A program made the position numbers and the translations under genes. Positions 19,165 to 28,958 of a stretch of 35,466 nt of DNA are shown here, piece by piece. The stretch lies in contig JBHLME010000036.1 in NCBI GenBank assembly GCA_048938445.1, positions 1 to 35,466 on the forward strand, given 5' to 3'. The DNA is from Promethearchaeota archaeon. GTDB lineage: Archaea > Asgardarchaeota > Lokiarchaeia > Sigyniarchaeales > SOKP01. A model generated the notes under the pieces. That model did no database searches, was not told the origin of the DNA, and saw nothing but the letters and a program-made list of their open reading frames with translations. The first letter of the stretch is position 1. Every line of letters begins with the position of its first letter.

Positions 19165-20484
19165 CTAGTGCTCTAAATCTTTCTCCAACTCATTAGAATC
19201 AGTTTCATCCTTAATAATTAATGGTTGGAATATTGTTATTTTAGGCGGACTCATTGTTAAGAGAAGTTCGGCAATCTTTGGATACTTCGCAATAAAGATA
19301 AATTCCTCTTTTACAAGTGGTTTTTGTTTATGGACGTTAGCATACCGAATTAATTCTAAAATTTGACGTGCCTCATCTTCATTTTTAAATGTTAAATTGA
19401 AATTTTTAAAGACATGCTGAAAGCTCGAAATTCCGCTATATTCACCTGTAGTGATAAGACGCCCAGTTTCAACCAGAATTTGCTCTCCCCTGCCTAATTC
19501 CTTATAATCATACAGTTCGTAATTTTCTCTATTTTTCAAAACTCCATCTGCATGAATTCCAGATTCGTGAGCAAAAGCATTATCGCCTACACCAGGCTGA
19601 TTCACTGGAATGGGCACTCCGAATGCATGGGAAGCATAATTAGCAATTTGCCATGCCTTGTCCAATCTTAGATTTGGATCTCCCATCCCTAATTCTTCAA
19701 TTTCAGCGCCATATTTTAATGCAAGAACGGTACTGATCAAATCACAATTCCCCGCACGCTCACCCATACTATTCACGGTTGTGTTGATATATGCTTCTTG
19801 TCCCTCTTCAATGACTCCTTTGGCGCCCATGATGCTGTTTGCAACAGCCATTCCTAAATCATTATGACAATGTAGCTCTATTGGTAAATCGACAGCTTTT
19901 GTTAGATCTTTCAATCTAAAATGAATGCGAAAGGGAGTTTCATATCCTAATGTATCACAATATCGAATTCTATCTGCCCCAGCTTTTTTTGCGGCTAGTG
20001 AAAACTTAATGAGGTAATCCATGTCCGTTCGTGATGCATCCTCCGCATTGACCCCTATAGTTTTGATCCCCAAATTCCTTGCTCGCTTGACTGCTTTGAC
20101 CATTATGTCTATGACATCATCTTTTGTTTTTCGACCTTGGAACTTTCCTTCAATCATTTGATTAGAGGTTGAGATCGACAAGTTTAAATGCTCTACTCGT
20201 GTTAATTCTACAGCTTGTTCCACATCTTCTTCCACGGCTCGAATCCACCCTTCGAGGATCATGGGCTTGAGAACGCCCATTCTGGCAAGTTCTAAATTAG
20301 CATTAATATAGTTCGTTTCATGATGTGTAGTTGGAAAACCGAATTCTGACTGGAAGATTCCCATGCGATTCAAAAGTATGTTTAAAACAGTTTTTTCAAG
20401 CTTTGCTAAGCCTAGTCGACTCGTCTGCACTCCATCTCGATTAGTAACATCAATTATTTTTATCTTATTGTCCATCTCTATCAA
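19165..20484 (-). CDS. DRE-TIM metallolyase, homocitrate synthase/Re-citrate synthase family
   Basis: DVTNRDGVQT, NAEDASR, RYCDTLG, HCHNDLGMAVAN, GERAGN, FAHESGIHADG. Confidence 0.85.
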   Translation of the reverse strand: MIEMDNKIKIIDVTNRDGVQTSRLGLAKLEKTVLNILLNRMGIFQSEFGFPTTHHETNYINANLELARMGVLKPMILEGWIRAVEEDVEQAVELTRVEHLNLSISTSNQMIEGKFQGRKTKDDVIDIMVKAVKRARNLGIKTIGVNAEDASRTDMDYLIKFSLAAKKAGADRIRYCDTLGYETPFRIHFRLKDLTKAVDLPIELHCHNDLGMAVANSIMGAKGVIEEGQEAYINTTVNSMGERAGNCDLISTVLALKYGAEIEELGMGDPNLRLDKAWQIANYASHAFGVPIPVNQPGVGDNAFAHESGIHADGVLKNRENYELYDYKELGRGEQILVETGRLITTGEYSGISSFQHVFKNFNLTFKNEDEARQILELIRYANVHKQKPLVKEEFIFIAKYPKIAELLLTMSPPKITIFQPLIIKDETDSNELEKDLEH

Positions 20485-20627
20485 AATTCCTTTTTTATTA
20501 TCATATTAAATACTTGTTAACATTTCATTATTAAGCAACATGAATAAAAGTATTTTATTCTTTTAGTTTATTCGTATGAAAAAGTATGATTTTAATTAAA
20601 CCTAATGCATATCCTAGATCTTAGTGA

Positions 20628-21869
20628 TTATCTATAAATAATTTCAATATATTCTTTACTAAGATTTCCAACGTATTTTAACCGTGGTCTAATTAATTTA
20701 TTATCTCTTAACTGTTCTATCGCGTGAGCAACCCAGCCAACACTTCTTGCGGCGGCGAATAATGGTGTATAAAGTGCACTAGGTATTCCTAATGAGTGTA
20801 ATAATCCCGCAGAATAGAGATCTACATTTGGGAAAATTTGTTTTTCTTTAATCATGAAATCTGTTAAAATTTCCGTCATTTCAAAAATAAAATCGTCATG
20901 TTTATGATCATGACCCGTCTCTGTGATTTTATCGAGCCTTTCACCATTTATATATGCTTCATAGAATTTTTTGGCCAGTTGCCTCATGATTATGGCACGA
21001 GGATCCCAAGTTTTATAGACTCTGTGACCAAAACCCATGATTTTTTCTTTATTTGCTAATTTTTTCTGTGCCCAGGAAATGACATTATCATTTTTCTTTA
21101 CTTCATCTGTTAAATATCTAATAACTGCTTCATTTGCACCACCATGCAAGGGTCCTCTGAGTGTTCCAATTGCACTGGTAATTCCACTATAAAGATCGGA
21201 TAAAGTAGATACCGTCACCCTGCAAGAGAAGGTAGAGGCATTGTTAGAATGATCCGCATGACAAATTAAAACTTTATCGAATGCATCGATGAAATCTGCC
21301 GTAGGCATGTTCCCGGTCATCATGTAATAATAATTACCTGAATGTGATAATGTATCAGAAGGTTCAATCAAAGGTTGATTAGTTTGGATTCTGTGGGCAA
21401 ATGCGATGATAGTGGGCATTTTTGCAATGATTCGAATACCCTTTCGAATATTTGCCTCTTCAGAATAATCATAATCATCAGGATCATATAAAGATAATGC
21501 AGAAATGGCCGTCCGAAGTAATTCTATACGGGTAGTATTTCGGGGAAAACTTTGTAAGAGCCTAAGAACATTATCAGGAATGTTTCTCTCTTTTATTAAT
21601 AGCTGCTTGAATTCTTCTAATTGATTCTCTGCCGGAAGTTCTCCAAATATGAGAAGATAAGCAACTTCTTCAAAAGTTGAGTGTTTTACTAATTCTTGTA
21701 CCGCATATCCACGATAAAATAACTTCCCTTGTTCCCCATCTATATAAGATATTAATGATTCATCGACATATACACCAACGAGACCTTTAAAGACTTGGAC
21801 ATCCTCATATTTAACAGCACCATTAGTATCTTTATAATCTTCACTAATTTGTCTTGTATCTCCTTTCAT
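20628..21869 (-). CDS. gltA: Si-citrate synthase / 2-methylcitrate synthase family
   Basis: LFYRGY, FEEVAYLL, HADHSNNAST, GPLHGGANE, MGFGHRVYK..DPRA, FPNVD, LIRP. Confidence 0.92.
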   Translation of the reverse strand: MKGDTRQISEDYKDTNGAVKYEDVQVFKGLVGVYVDESLISYIDGEQGKLFYRGYAVQELVKHSTFEEVAYLLIFGELPAENQLEEFKQLLIKERNIPDNVLRLLQSFPRNTTRIELLRTAISALSLYDPDDYDYSEEANIRKGIRIIAKMPTIIAFAHRIQTNQPLIEPSDTLSHSGNYYYMMTGNMPTADFIDAFDKVLICHADHSNNASTFSCRVTVSTLSDLYSGITSAIGTLRGPLHGGANEAVIRYLTDEVKKNDNVISWAQKKLANKEKIMGFGHRVYKTWDPRAIIMRQLAKKFYEAYINGERLDKITETGHDHKHDDFIFEMTEILTDFMIKEKQIFPNVDLYSAGLLHSLGIPSALYTPLFAAARSVGWVAHAIEQLRDNKLIRPRLKYVGNLSKEYIEIIYR

Positions 21870-21949
21870 ATTTATTCACATGCCATAAAATATGTTAAAT
21901 TTTTATTTTTTTCCAAAATAAAAGTAATATATACATTTAATTAAATTGG

Positions 21950-21969
21950 AAATGAAAAATTTTTCATTT
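21950..21969. promoter_or_regulatory. perfect 20-bp palindrome AAATGAAAAATTTTTCATTT in the divergent gltA/radical SAM intergenic region
   Basis: Read directly; just upstream of a TATATA box (~21928-21933) of gltA. Confidence 0.4.
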
Positions 21970-22325
21970 TTTTTAATATTATCATATACATTATTACAAA
22001 TAAATATTGTTCTTTCTAAACAAAAATTCATTTTTTTCATTTTTTTTATTATTTTGTTTAATTTTGCTTAAACATGTATATTAATTTTATTACTGGCATT
22101 GAACAATCATGAAGATAAAATATTGATATAAAATTATCTTGCTAATTTTTTCATATTTATTTAAAACCAAATTAATTTTTCACAAAATCGTCCAAATTAT
22201 ATTATCATTTAAGTTTTAATTTTTTTATGATTAAATATATATTTGCTCACTTCTACTTTTTCTGTATTAGTGTTTATATGTTTGTCTGTTAAGAATTAAC
22301 ACTAAGCCGTTTATGAGGGTAAAAA

Positions 22326-23855
22326 ATGATTTGGAATAAAATATTATTAGTTGTTACTAATTATAAAACACCAGGTTATGACTTTTATGACTCAGCATTT
22401 CCTCCATTGGCATTAGAGTACATTGCAGCTCATGTAGAGGATTTGGTTGAAGTTAAAATACTTGATACTAAAGCCGGTAATTTAGGTTATAAAAAAATTA
22501 TTAAAGAATTTGAAAAGTATAAACCTGATTTAGTCGGATTTACCGTTCCTGTAACAAGTGCTATAACCACTGTTTTAGCTCACGCAAAACTAGCTAAGCA
22601 AGTTCTTAATTGTACTACCGTAATCGGTGGTTGGCATCCCACTCTAGCAGTAGAAGAAACGCTTTCATCACCTTGGATAGATATTCTGGTAAGAGGAGAA
22701 GGCGAAAATACATTTAGAGAGCTGATTGAAAAAGGAAGTCCCGAAGGGGTTAAAGGATTGTCTTATAAAGTAAATGGTGTAATGATTCACAACGAGGATC
22801 GTCCATTTATTAAGGATATTAACACTTTAAAATTTCCAGCAAGAAATTTAGTAAATAATTATAAATATAGAGCCTTTTATTTGAAATGTGATGCGATTGA
22901 AACCTCTCGTGGATGTCCTCAAGGATGTCGATTTTGCAGTACTCACGTGGTATATAAAAGAAAATGGAGGGCTCGTTCTGTTGAAAACATAATTCAAGAA
23001 CTAGAACTTATTTCTAAAAATCGACGGATTTCCGACGTCTTTTTCGTTGATGATAACATTCTTGTAAACATGAATCGTATAGGTAAAATGTGCATTGAAA
23101 TAATCAAGGCTAAAAGAGAAGGAAGAATCAAAAAAAGACTACGGTTCTTCTTTCAAGGAAGATTAGATTCCATGGCACGTCATCCAAAAATAGTAAAACT
23201 AATGGCTTTAGCAGGTTTCTGGCTCGTGTTAGTTGGAGTTGAAGCAACTGATAATAATCGATTAAAAAAAGTTGAAAAAGGATGTAAAATCGAACAAATT
23301 AGAAAAGGTATTGAAGTCCTGCATGAAAACGGAATTATCGTGATGGGAAATGTCATAATTGGAGCGAATTTAGACGATTCCATTGATGATGTATTTGTAA
23401 CCATAAAAAAAACGAGAGAATTAACTTTAGATATTCCCAGCTTTACTCTTTTAACGCCTTTTCCATCAACAGAATTTTATCGAGAAATGAAAGAACGCAA
23501 CCTGCTTTTAACAGAGGATTATTCAAAATTTAATTGGTTAAATCCTGTTATTAAAACAACTAATTTCAGTTCTTCAGTATTGAAAAAGCTACTTTTTCTT
23601 GGATTTTACTATATTGGATTTTATGGAGGATCTTGGTCAAATAAAATTACTGTTCTTAAAAGAATTGCACGAGCGAGAGGTTTTAGATTTTTCCTAAATC
23701 CCTATCGTATTTCTCGAGGAATAAATGCATATTTAAAGTGGTATCGAATGGTGAAGCGAAATATTTCGGATATAAAAAGAAAGGCTAAATATCAACTACG
23801 ACTCGGAAAATTAAATAAAATGTTAGAACTTAAAGAACAAATTATATCTATTTAA
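22326..23855 (+). CDS. cobalamin-binding radical SAM protein (class B-like)
   Basis: PPLALEYIAA, VIGGWHPT, VRGEGE, ETSRGCPQGCRFC (CxxxCxxC), FVDDN, GVEA, LTPFPST. Confidence 0.92.
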   Translation: MIWNKILLVVTNYKTPGYDFYDSAFPPLALEYIAAHVEDLVEVKILDTKAGNLGYKKIIKEFEKYKPDLVGFTVPVTSAITTVLAHAKLAKQVLNCTTVIGGWHPTLAVEETLSSPWIDILVRGEGENTFRELIEKGSPEGVKGLSYKVNGVMIHNEDRPFIKDINTLKFPARNLVNNYKYRAFYLKCDAIETSRGCPQGCRFCSTHVVYKRKWRARSVENIIQELELISKNRRISDVFFVDDNILVNMNRIGKMCIEIIKAKREGRIKKRLRFFFQGRLDSMARHPKIVKLMALAGFWLVLVGVEATDNNRLKKVEKGCKIEQIRKGIEVLHENGIIVMGNVIIGANLDDSIDDVFVTIKKTRELTLDIPSFTLLTPFPSTEFYREMKERNLLLTEDYSKFNWLNPVIKTTNFSSSVLKKLLFLGFYYIGFYGGSWSNKITVLKRIARARGFRFFLNPYRISRGINAYLKWYRMVKRNISDIKRKAKYQLRLGKLNKMLELKEQIISI

Positions 23856-23985
23856 TTAACCTATTTTTATGATTTATTGAATATGATCTTTGTTTTATAC
23901 TAATTTCTTTTGTAAAATCTTATTAATTATATGAATCTTTTATCTTTACTAATTAAAAGTATTCAACATATTTATAAAAAGAAAT

Positions 23986-24612
23986 TTATGGATTTAATTG
24001 TTGTTTGTTTCTCTTCTTCTTAATTATTATCTTTCTGGAAACTATTATTATAATGACTCCAATTACGATAGACACAGCTATGATAACACTTGTAATTATA
24101 GGGAGTATTATCTCCATTGGATTCGCGGGCAAAACTTCAAAATAATAACTTACATGAGTGTCTTCATAATTTAGATTTATTAAAGTTATATAAACAATCC
24201 TCATTCCCATAACTGGAAATAAAGGTTCTCTATAAATTCCCGAATCATTTGTCTTCCCTGAAGATACAATATAACGTGAAAATTCATCAATAACATGCTC
24301 TTCAAAAGCAAGTTCAAACCAAGAGTCCCATATAGCCTCTTTGGTAGCACGATCCGTAATAAAAAGGTATATATCAACATCATTATTGGTAGAAAAAGAC
24401 CAATTGATGCGACCTAAAGGTTCAGTTGTAAGACTTCTTAACGTCATCATACCTCGATCACCGAGATAAGAATCTGTATCAACAATTAATTTATCTGTAT
24501 AAATTTCATCATCTAAATAATACGTATTCGTTCCTCCAATTAGTAAAGATACAGAGAATATGAACAAAAAGGAAACATTGATCTTGTTAATTTTTCTGTT
24601 TATAAAACGCAT
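23986..24612 (-). CDS. predicted single-pass (type I) membrane/surface protein
   Basis: N-terminal basic plus hydrophobic signal, beta-rich middle, C-terminal TM helix IILPIITSVIIAVSIVIGVIIIIV followed by RKIIIKKKRNK. Confidence 0.75.
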   Translation of the reverse strand: MRFINRKINKINVSFLFIFSVSLLIGGTNTYYLDDEIYTDKLIVDTDSYLGDRGMMTLRSLTTEPLGRINWSFSTNNDVDIYLFITDRATKEAIWDSWFELAFEEHVIDEFSRYIVSSGKTNDSGIYREPLFPVMGMRIVYITLINLNYEDTHVSYYFEVLPANPMEIILPIITSVIIAVSIVIGVIIIIVSRKIIIKKKRNKQQLNP

Positions 24613-24852
24613 TTAACTTTTAAACTGAATCTTTAATTTGATTATGTTATTTAAATTATAAATTTATATTTATAAGTTATGTTTGATAGAATTCTACAAT
24701 TTTTATTTAACAGATTACTAATTTGAATCTAATTATTTAAGAAATAGTATCTCCATTAAAATTATTACAATCTTGGATTTTTTTTAATAACGAATTGATA
24801 TTTATTAATATATAGTATACATCTTGTTTTCATAAAATTACCTCACAGAATT

Positions 24853-25023
24853 GATTTAAATAGAATAAAGAATTCTTGAAATAAAGAAATAAATTAATTG
24901 AATCCAAAAAATCATGATTAAAGAAAGTTTAAGAATCTTCATGTTGATGCCTTTTAGAGAGAATTTGACAGACATCTATGAAAATCACATTAAAAAGCCT
25001 TTAGAGCAAGAAGTCCATATAGT
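24853..25023 (+). repeat. ~171-bp diverged direct repeat, copy 1 (copy 2 at 26897-27067)
   Basis: Ungapped alignment covering 61 bp of upstream DNA plus ~37 codons; ATG at the same offset in both copies. Confidence 0.9.
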
Positions 25024-25033
25024 CATATCTTAA
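24914..25033 (+). pseudogene. truncated 39-aa paralogue of the NDT/TIR-like gene at 26958
   Basis: MIKESLRIFMLMPFRENLTDIYENHIKKPLEQEVHIVIS-stop versus MIKESLRIFMLMPFRENLTDIYENYIKKPLEQEGHVVKR...; absent from the ORF track. Confidence 0.85.
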
Positions 25034-25062
25034 ATAGAGAATCATCTTCGGGATAAGTTATG

Positions 25063-26466
25063 TTATGTAGAATTATTCCTTTTAATGCGGAGTTTCTTTT
25101 TTCTCTCAACTCTTAGAGACGTATCGAATAACCATTGATAGATATTCCGATTTTTTAAATTTAAAATTGGTTTTGTTTCTGATATTCTAATTTCTTTAAT
25201 CTTTGAAAGGAGAAAGATAACACATAAAAACCTTGTAATCCCCGAGATAAAAAAAACAAACAAGTATGGATTAATTAAATTATAGGGGATCATTTGAATA
25301 AGAATGCTCCCGGTTAAGCCACCTAAGATGATACCAAATCCCAATAATAAATTATACATTGCTAAATATATTCCACGCTTCTCACGGGATATATTGTCAT
25401 ATATAAAATTTGAAGCTGCTAAATTAAATGCAGTCCATCCTATACCACTGAATAACTGAGGAAATAAAAGAATCTCAATTGGTCCTGCCGTGAACAACCA
25501 CATTAAAGGAAGAGATGGGAGGATAATTGCTCCTAATCGTAACAAACGCACGTTTCCAAAATAATCTGAAAACCTCCCAAGTAAGGGAAATATTGTTAAA
25601 GCAATAATGGATGGGAAGATATTAATAAATATAAATGTGATATAATTAAATTTCAATTCTTCTAGCATGTATACGGAGAAGAATGGTCCTGCAATCCATT
25701 GGGAAAATGTAATTAAGGAAACAAATAAGGTAAATTTCCCAAAATTATGATGAGGTATTTCTTTTATAAATCGTATTAAACTAACATGATGTGAATCCTC
25801 AAATTGAATAGGGGGATAATAATGTTGAGTAAATAATAAAAAAGACAAGATGCGAGTAGAGAATCCTATTAGGAAAATTAATATAAATCCTATTATCACT
25901 GCATTATTATTATTGAACCAATCTAATGAGAAAGAAAAAATTAAAGTTCCACTTAATGCAATCCCTGTAGTTATAAGATTTCGTTTCGCAAAATATCTCC
26001 CTCTCTTATTTTCGGGGACAATATCTCCCATCATTGAAAACCAAGGAGGAGTCATGAAACCTCCACTAAATGAATATAAAAGAAAGACTCCTATTAGAAT
26101 CCATGATAAAAAATTTATAAGAAGCTGATTTATATATAAAACAGCTATAATCAGAAATAATGGCCACATTGCTGCTTGACCCAATATTCCTTGTAATAAC
26201 ACACTTTTCCGTGATTTGCTCTCTATCTTTCTAGAACCAAATATTTGCCCAATTGGAGAGATTAAACCTATACAAGAATAAAGTACTCCGACCTGAAATG
26301 CAGTTGAGCCGAGACTTAATGCAAAAGGTACAATATAATTATCACCCAAATTACTTGATAAAACGCCAAATGAACCTTCGGCTATAGAAATGTTCATAGT
26401 TCTTTCTTTATGTCTTATTTCATCCAAATTTTCGTTTTTGGAATTTTGTTTTAATGTGTCATTCAT
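25063..26466 (-). CDS. MFS transporter
   Basis: About 12 hydrophobic segments; DIVPENKRGRYF, LGRFSDYFG and DNISREKRG loop motifs. Confidence 0.9.
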   Translation of the reverse strand: MNDTLKQNSKNENLDEIRHKERTMNISIAEGSFGVLSSNLGDNYIVPFALSLGSTAFQVGVLYSCIGLISPIGQIFGSRKIESKSRKSVLLQGILGQAAMWPLFLIIAVLYINQLLINFLSWILIGVFLLYSFSGGFMTPPWFSMMGDIVPENKRGRYFAKRNLITTGIALSGTLIFSFSLDWFNNNNAVIIGFILIFLIGFSTRILSFLLFTQHYYPPIQFEDSHHVSLIRFIKEIPHHNFGKFTLFVSLITFSQWIAGPFFSVYMLEELKFNYITFIFINIFPSIIALTIFPLLGRFSDYFGNVRLLRLGAIILPSLPLMWLFTAGPIEILLFPQLFSGIGWTAFNLAASNFIYDNISREKRGIYLAMYNLLLGFGIILGGLTGSILIQMIPYNLINPYLFVFFISGITRFLCVIFLLSKIKEIRISETKPILNLKNRNIYQWLFDTSLRVERKKKLRIKRNNST

Positions 26467-26896
26467 ATTAGTTCTAATTTTATAATGAAAAAAGTAGTAT
26501 CTTTTTTATTAAATATATAATATAGCAAGATTATTTTGTTTTTATAATTGGATATTCCTTTGAAATATTCCTTTATCGACTTTAAATCACTTTTTAATGT
26601 AGCTAGGGACACTATCTTTAATTTGAACTATGATAAAATATTTAATAGATAAACCACCTTTTCTTAAGGAAATTTAATTCCAGTTATTAAAACAATTCTT
26701 TTTAGTCTTTCAGTATTAAACAAGCTAGTCTTTTATGGATTTCTCCATATCCGATTACAGTGGATATTGGTGAAATAAAGTCATTGTATTTAATAGATTT
26801 ATTAATTAACAACTTGAAAGTAATATAATTCTTTATATCATTTTTAGATAGTTAAAAAAAATATAATGATTTATTACAAATTTATCTTACATTAAC

Positions 26897-27067
26897 GATT
26901 TAAAAAGAATAATGAATTCTTACACTAAAGAAATGAATAAATAGAATCCAAAATATCATGATTAAAGAAAGCTTGCGAATTTTTATGTTGATGCCTTTTA
27001 GAGAAAACTTGACAGATATCTATGAAAATTACATTAAAAAGCCTTTAGAACAGGAAGGGCATGTAGT
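26897..27067 (+). repeat. ~171-bp diverged direct repeat, copy 2 (upstream region and 5' end of the intact gene)
   Basis: Aligns without gaps to 24853-25023. Confidence 0.9.
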
Positions 27068-27620
27068 AAAGAGGGCCGACGATATTTTTAAATCCTCACC
27101 AATCATGGAAGATGTAATACACCAGATCAAGATCTCAGATGTCATTATTGCAGATCTAACGGGAAAAAATCCAAACGTTTTCTACGAGTTGGGTCGGGCA
27201 CACGAGGCAAATAAATTTGTCATTCAAATATCACAGCAAGACCACCTCCCTTTTGATACGAGGCACATCCGGACGATATTATATACTGATAATCCGGAAG
27301 GATATGGATTTTTAACTGAAAACTTGAAAAAATATGTTAAAACTATTCAAAAAGAACTTCAAATAAATGAAATAATAGATAAATTGGAAGAGAGCAAGGA
27401 ATACGTTGAAGCCATACTATATTCAAAATTAATATCCGAGTGGGAAGAAGAATTATCACCAAGACAAATTAATAAAGTCGCAGAGGCGGCATATGACAAT
27501 CCCCAAGTATTTGAGTCATATAGAGCAAGAGAATATTTACAACCTCTCTTTAAAAAATACATTAGCATCATTCCTAACAATATCATCAGGCATTTAGAAT
27601 ATAATGGGTATAAATTCTAA
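26958..27620 (+). CDS. nucleoside 2-deoxyribosyltransferase-like (NDT/TIR-like) domain plus C-terminal helical domain
   Basis: FMLMPF, RADD, SDVIIADLTGKNPNVFYELGRAH, LPFD.RH.R...Y. Confidence 0.82.
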   Translation: MIKESLRIFMLMPFRENLTDIYENYIKKPLEQEGHVVKRADDIFKSSPIMEDVIHQIKISDVIIADLTGKNPNVFYELGRAHEANKFVIQISQQDHLPFDTRHIRTILYTDNPEGYGFLTENLKKYVKTIQKELQINEIIDKLEESKEYVEAILYSKLISEWEEELSPRQINKVAEAAYDNPQVFESYRAREYLQPLFKKYISIIPNNIIRHLEYNGYKF

Positions 27621-27938
27621 AGATTAAAATGATAATATCCTCTGTGTAGGTATGTAATACGTGCATCTAATTTTCCAAATAGTGATATTCATCTTAAAAA
27701 AAATCCGAGTATCAAACCTAAAAGAAGACATTTGTTTCTTATCTTTAAAATAAAAAAAATTGAAAAAAAAGAGATAATATAGCTAAAATATTTCTTTAAA
27801 CTTACTTATTAATCTATTTATAAAAATATGATTGGACCTTAATGATAAAACTTTTAATTTAATCAAAATATTACAATTCATATTAAATAAGATAAAATCC
27901 AATTAACGTGATTTAAAGTGAAATAAGATAAATCTAAT

Positions 27939-28196
27939 ATGCCTAAATGGGTTGGAATGCCAATTAATCCAACTGGTGCGATAATTCTATATGTAATTGG
28001 CATTTTTTTATTATTGGGTCTATTGATTGCACTACCATGTGTTTTTATTATGACATTTGCACTACAAACGATGATATATTATTTTCCTACAATGCAAAAT
28101 TATGTACCTGTGTTCTTTTACGTTTCTCTCTTAATATAGCTAATATTTTTAATAATAGATATCCATACAATTGGAGTAGCCAAAAATGCAAAATAA
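27939..28196 (+). CDS. small two-TM membrane protein, interrupted by an in-frame TAG at 28137-28139 (66 aa, or 85 aa if read through)
   Basis: ...VFFYVSLLI-TAG-LIFLIIDIHTIGVAKNAK-TAA; the hydrophobic helix continues across the TAG. Confidence 0.55.
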
Positions 28197-28227
28197 ACCT
28201 TTTTTTTTTTACAATTATTTCATAAAA

Positions 28228-28776
28228 TCAAGAATTCCAGGTAATTTTAATTGAAGTTTTATTAGCACCATTCCAAGATTTTTCAATAAAGCTAGTAGTG
28301 ACTCTTGTACTTAGGTACATTTCAAAGAAACTAGCCATCCATCCTTTTGCGGAATTATAGAATACTTCAAAATCTTTATCAAAGTCATCAATTATTACGT
28401 GAATCTCATTCTCCGAGATAATTTCTCCATATTGCCTTCCAAAATTAAACCATAAGTTAAATAAACGGTTATAAGAATTTAATGCCATATTTAGATCTTT
28501 TTTATTCATGGGTGAATTGTATGTACGTTCTATCATCGTTTTACCATAATCATAACTCCATTTCTCAATTATTCTCAAATTACCTCTAGCTTCCACCTTA
28601 CAGACAGCGATTATGCAACGCTTAAAAGTATCAAATGGATACCAAGCAGCATCAAGGATTCGTTGACTAATTACTTGTTTATCTTCTTCTGAAATAAGGT
28701 CGTCATATATACCGGTTTTATTCGCTCTAATAGCGATTGCCCATGCTTTAAATAATGATCCTTTAATCTTTTTCAT
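28228..28776 (-). CDS. array copy 1 (subtype A), H-NOX/V4R-like 182 aa
   Basis: MKKIKGSLFKAWAIAIRANK, ILDAAWYP, LWFNFG, KSWNG, TWNS. Confidence 0.85.
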   Translation of the reverse strand: MKKIKGSLFKAWAIAIRANKTGIYDDLISEEDKQVISQRILDAAWYPFDTFKRCIIAVCKVEARGNLRIIEKWSYDYGKTMIERTYNSPMNKKDLNMALNSYNRLFNLWFNFGRQYGEIISENEIHVIIDDFDKDFEVFYNSAKGWMASFFEMYLSTRVTTSFIEKSWNGANKTSIKITWNS

Positions 28777-28854
28777 TTAAATCAACTTCTTAAATGTTAC
28801 ATTAAAGAGTTAAATTAATGTTATTAAAGTGATTAGAAATGACATTATTATATG

Positions 28855-28869
28855 TGTACAACACGTACA
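28855..28869. promoter_or_regulatory. palindrome TGTAC-N5-GTACA upstream of array copy 1
   Basis: Read directly; lies immediately upstream of a TATA-like TATAAT on the minus strand. Confidence 0.4.
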
Positions 28870-28958
28870 AACTGATAACAATAAAAACTAATTTTATAAT
28901 AGAAAAGGGGATTTTTTTCCAAAATTAATATGAAAAACAATATGTTAATGAAATATAA

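Noticed and set aside
24853-27067. Composite transposon or IS flanked by direct repeats
   Set aside because: No transposase or terminal inverted repeats; the repeats are diverged gene starts, not target-site duplications.
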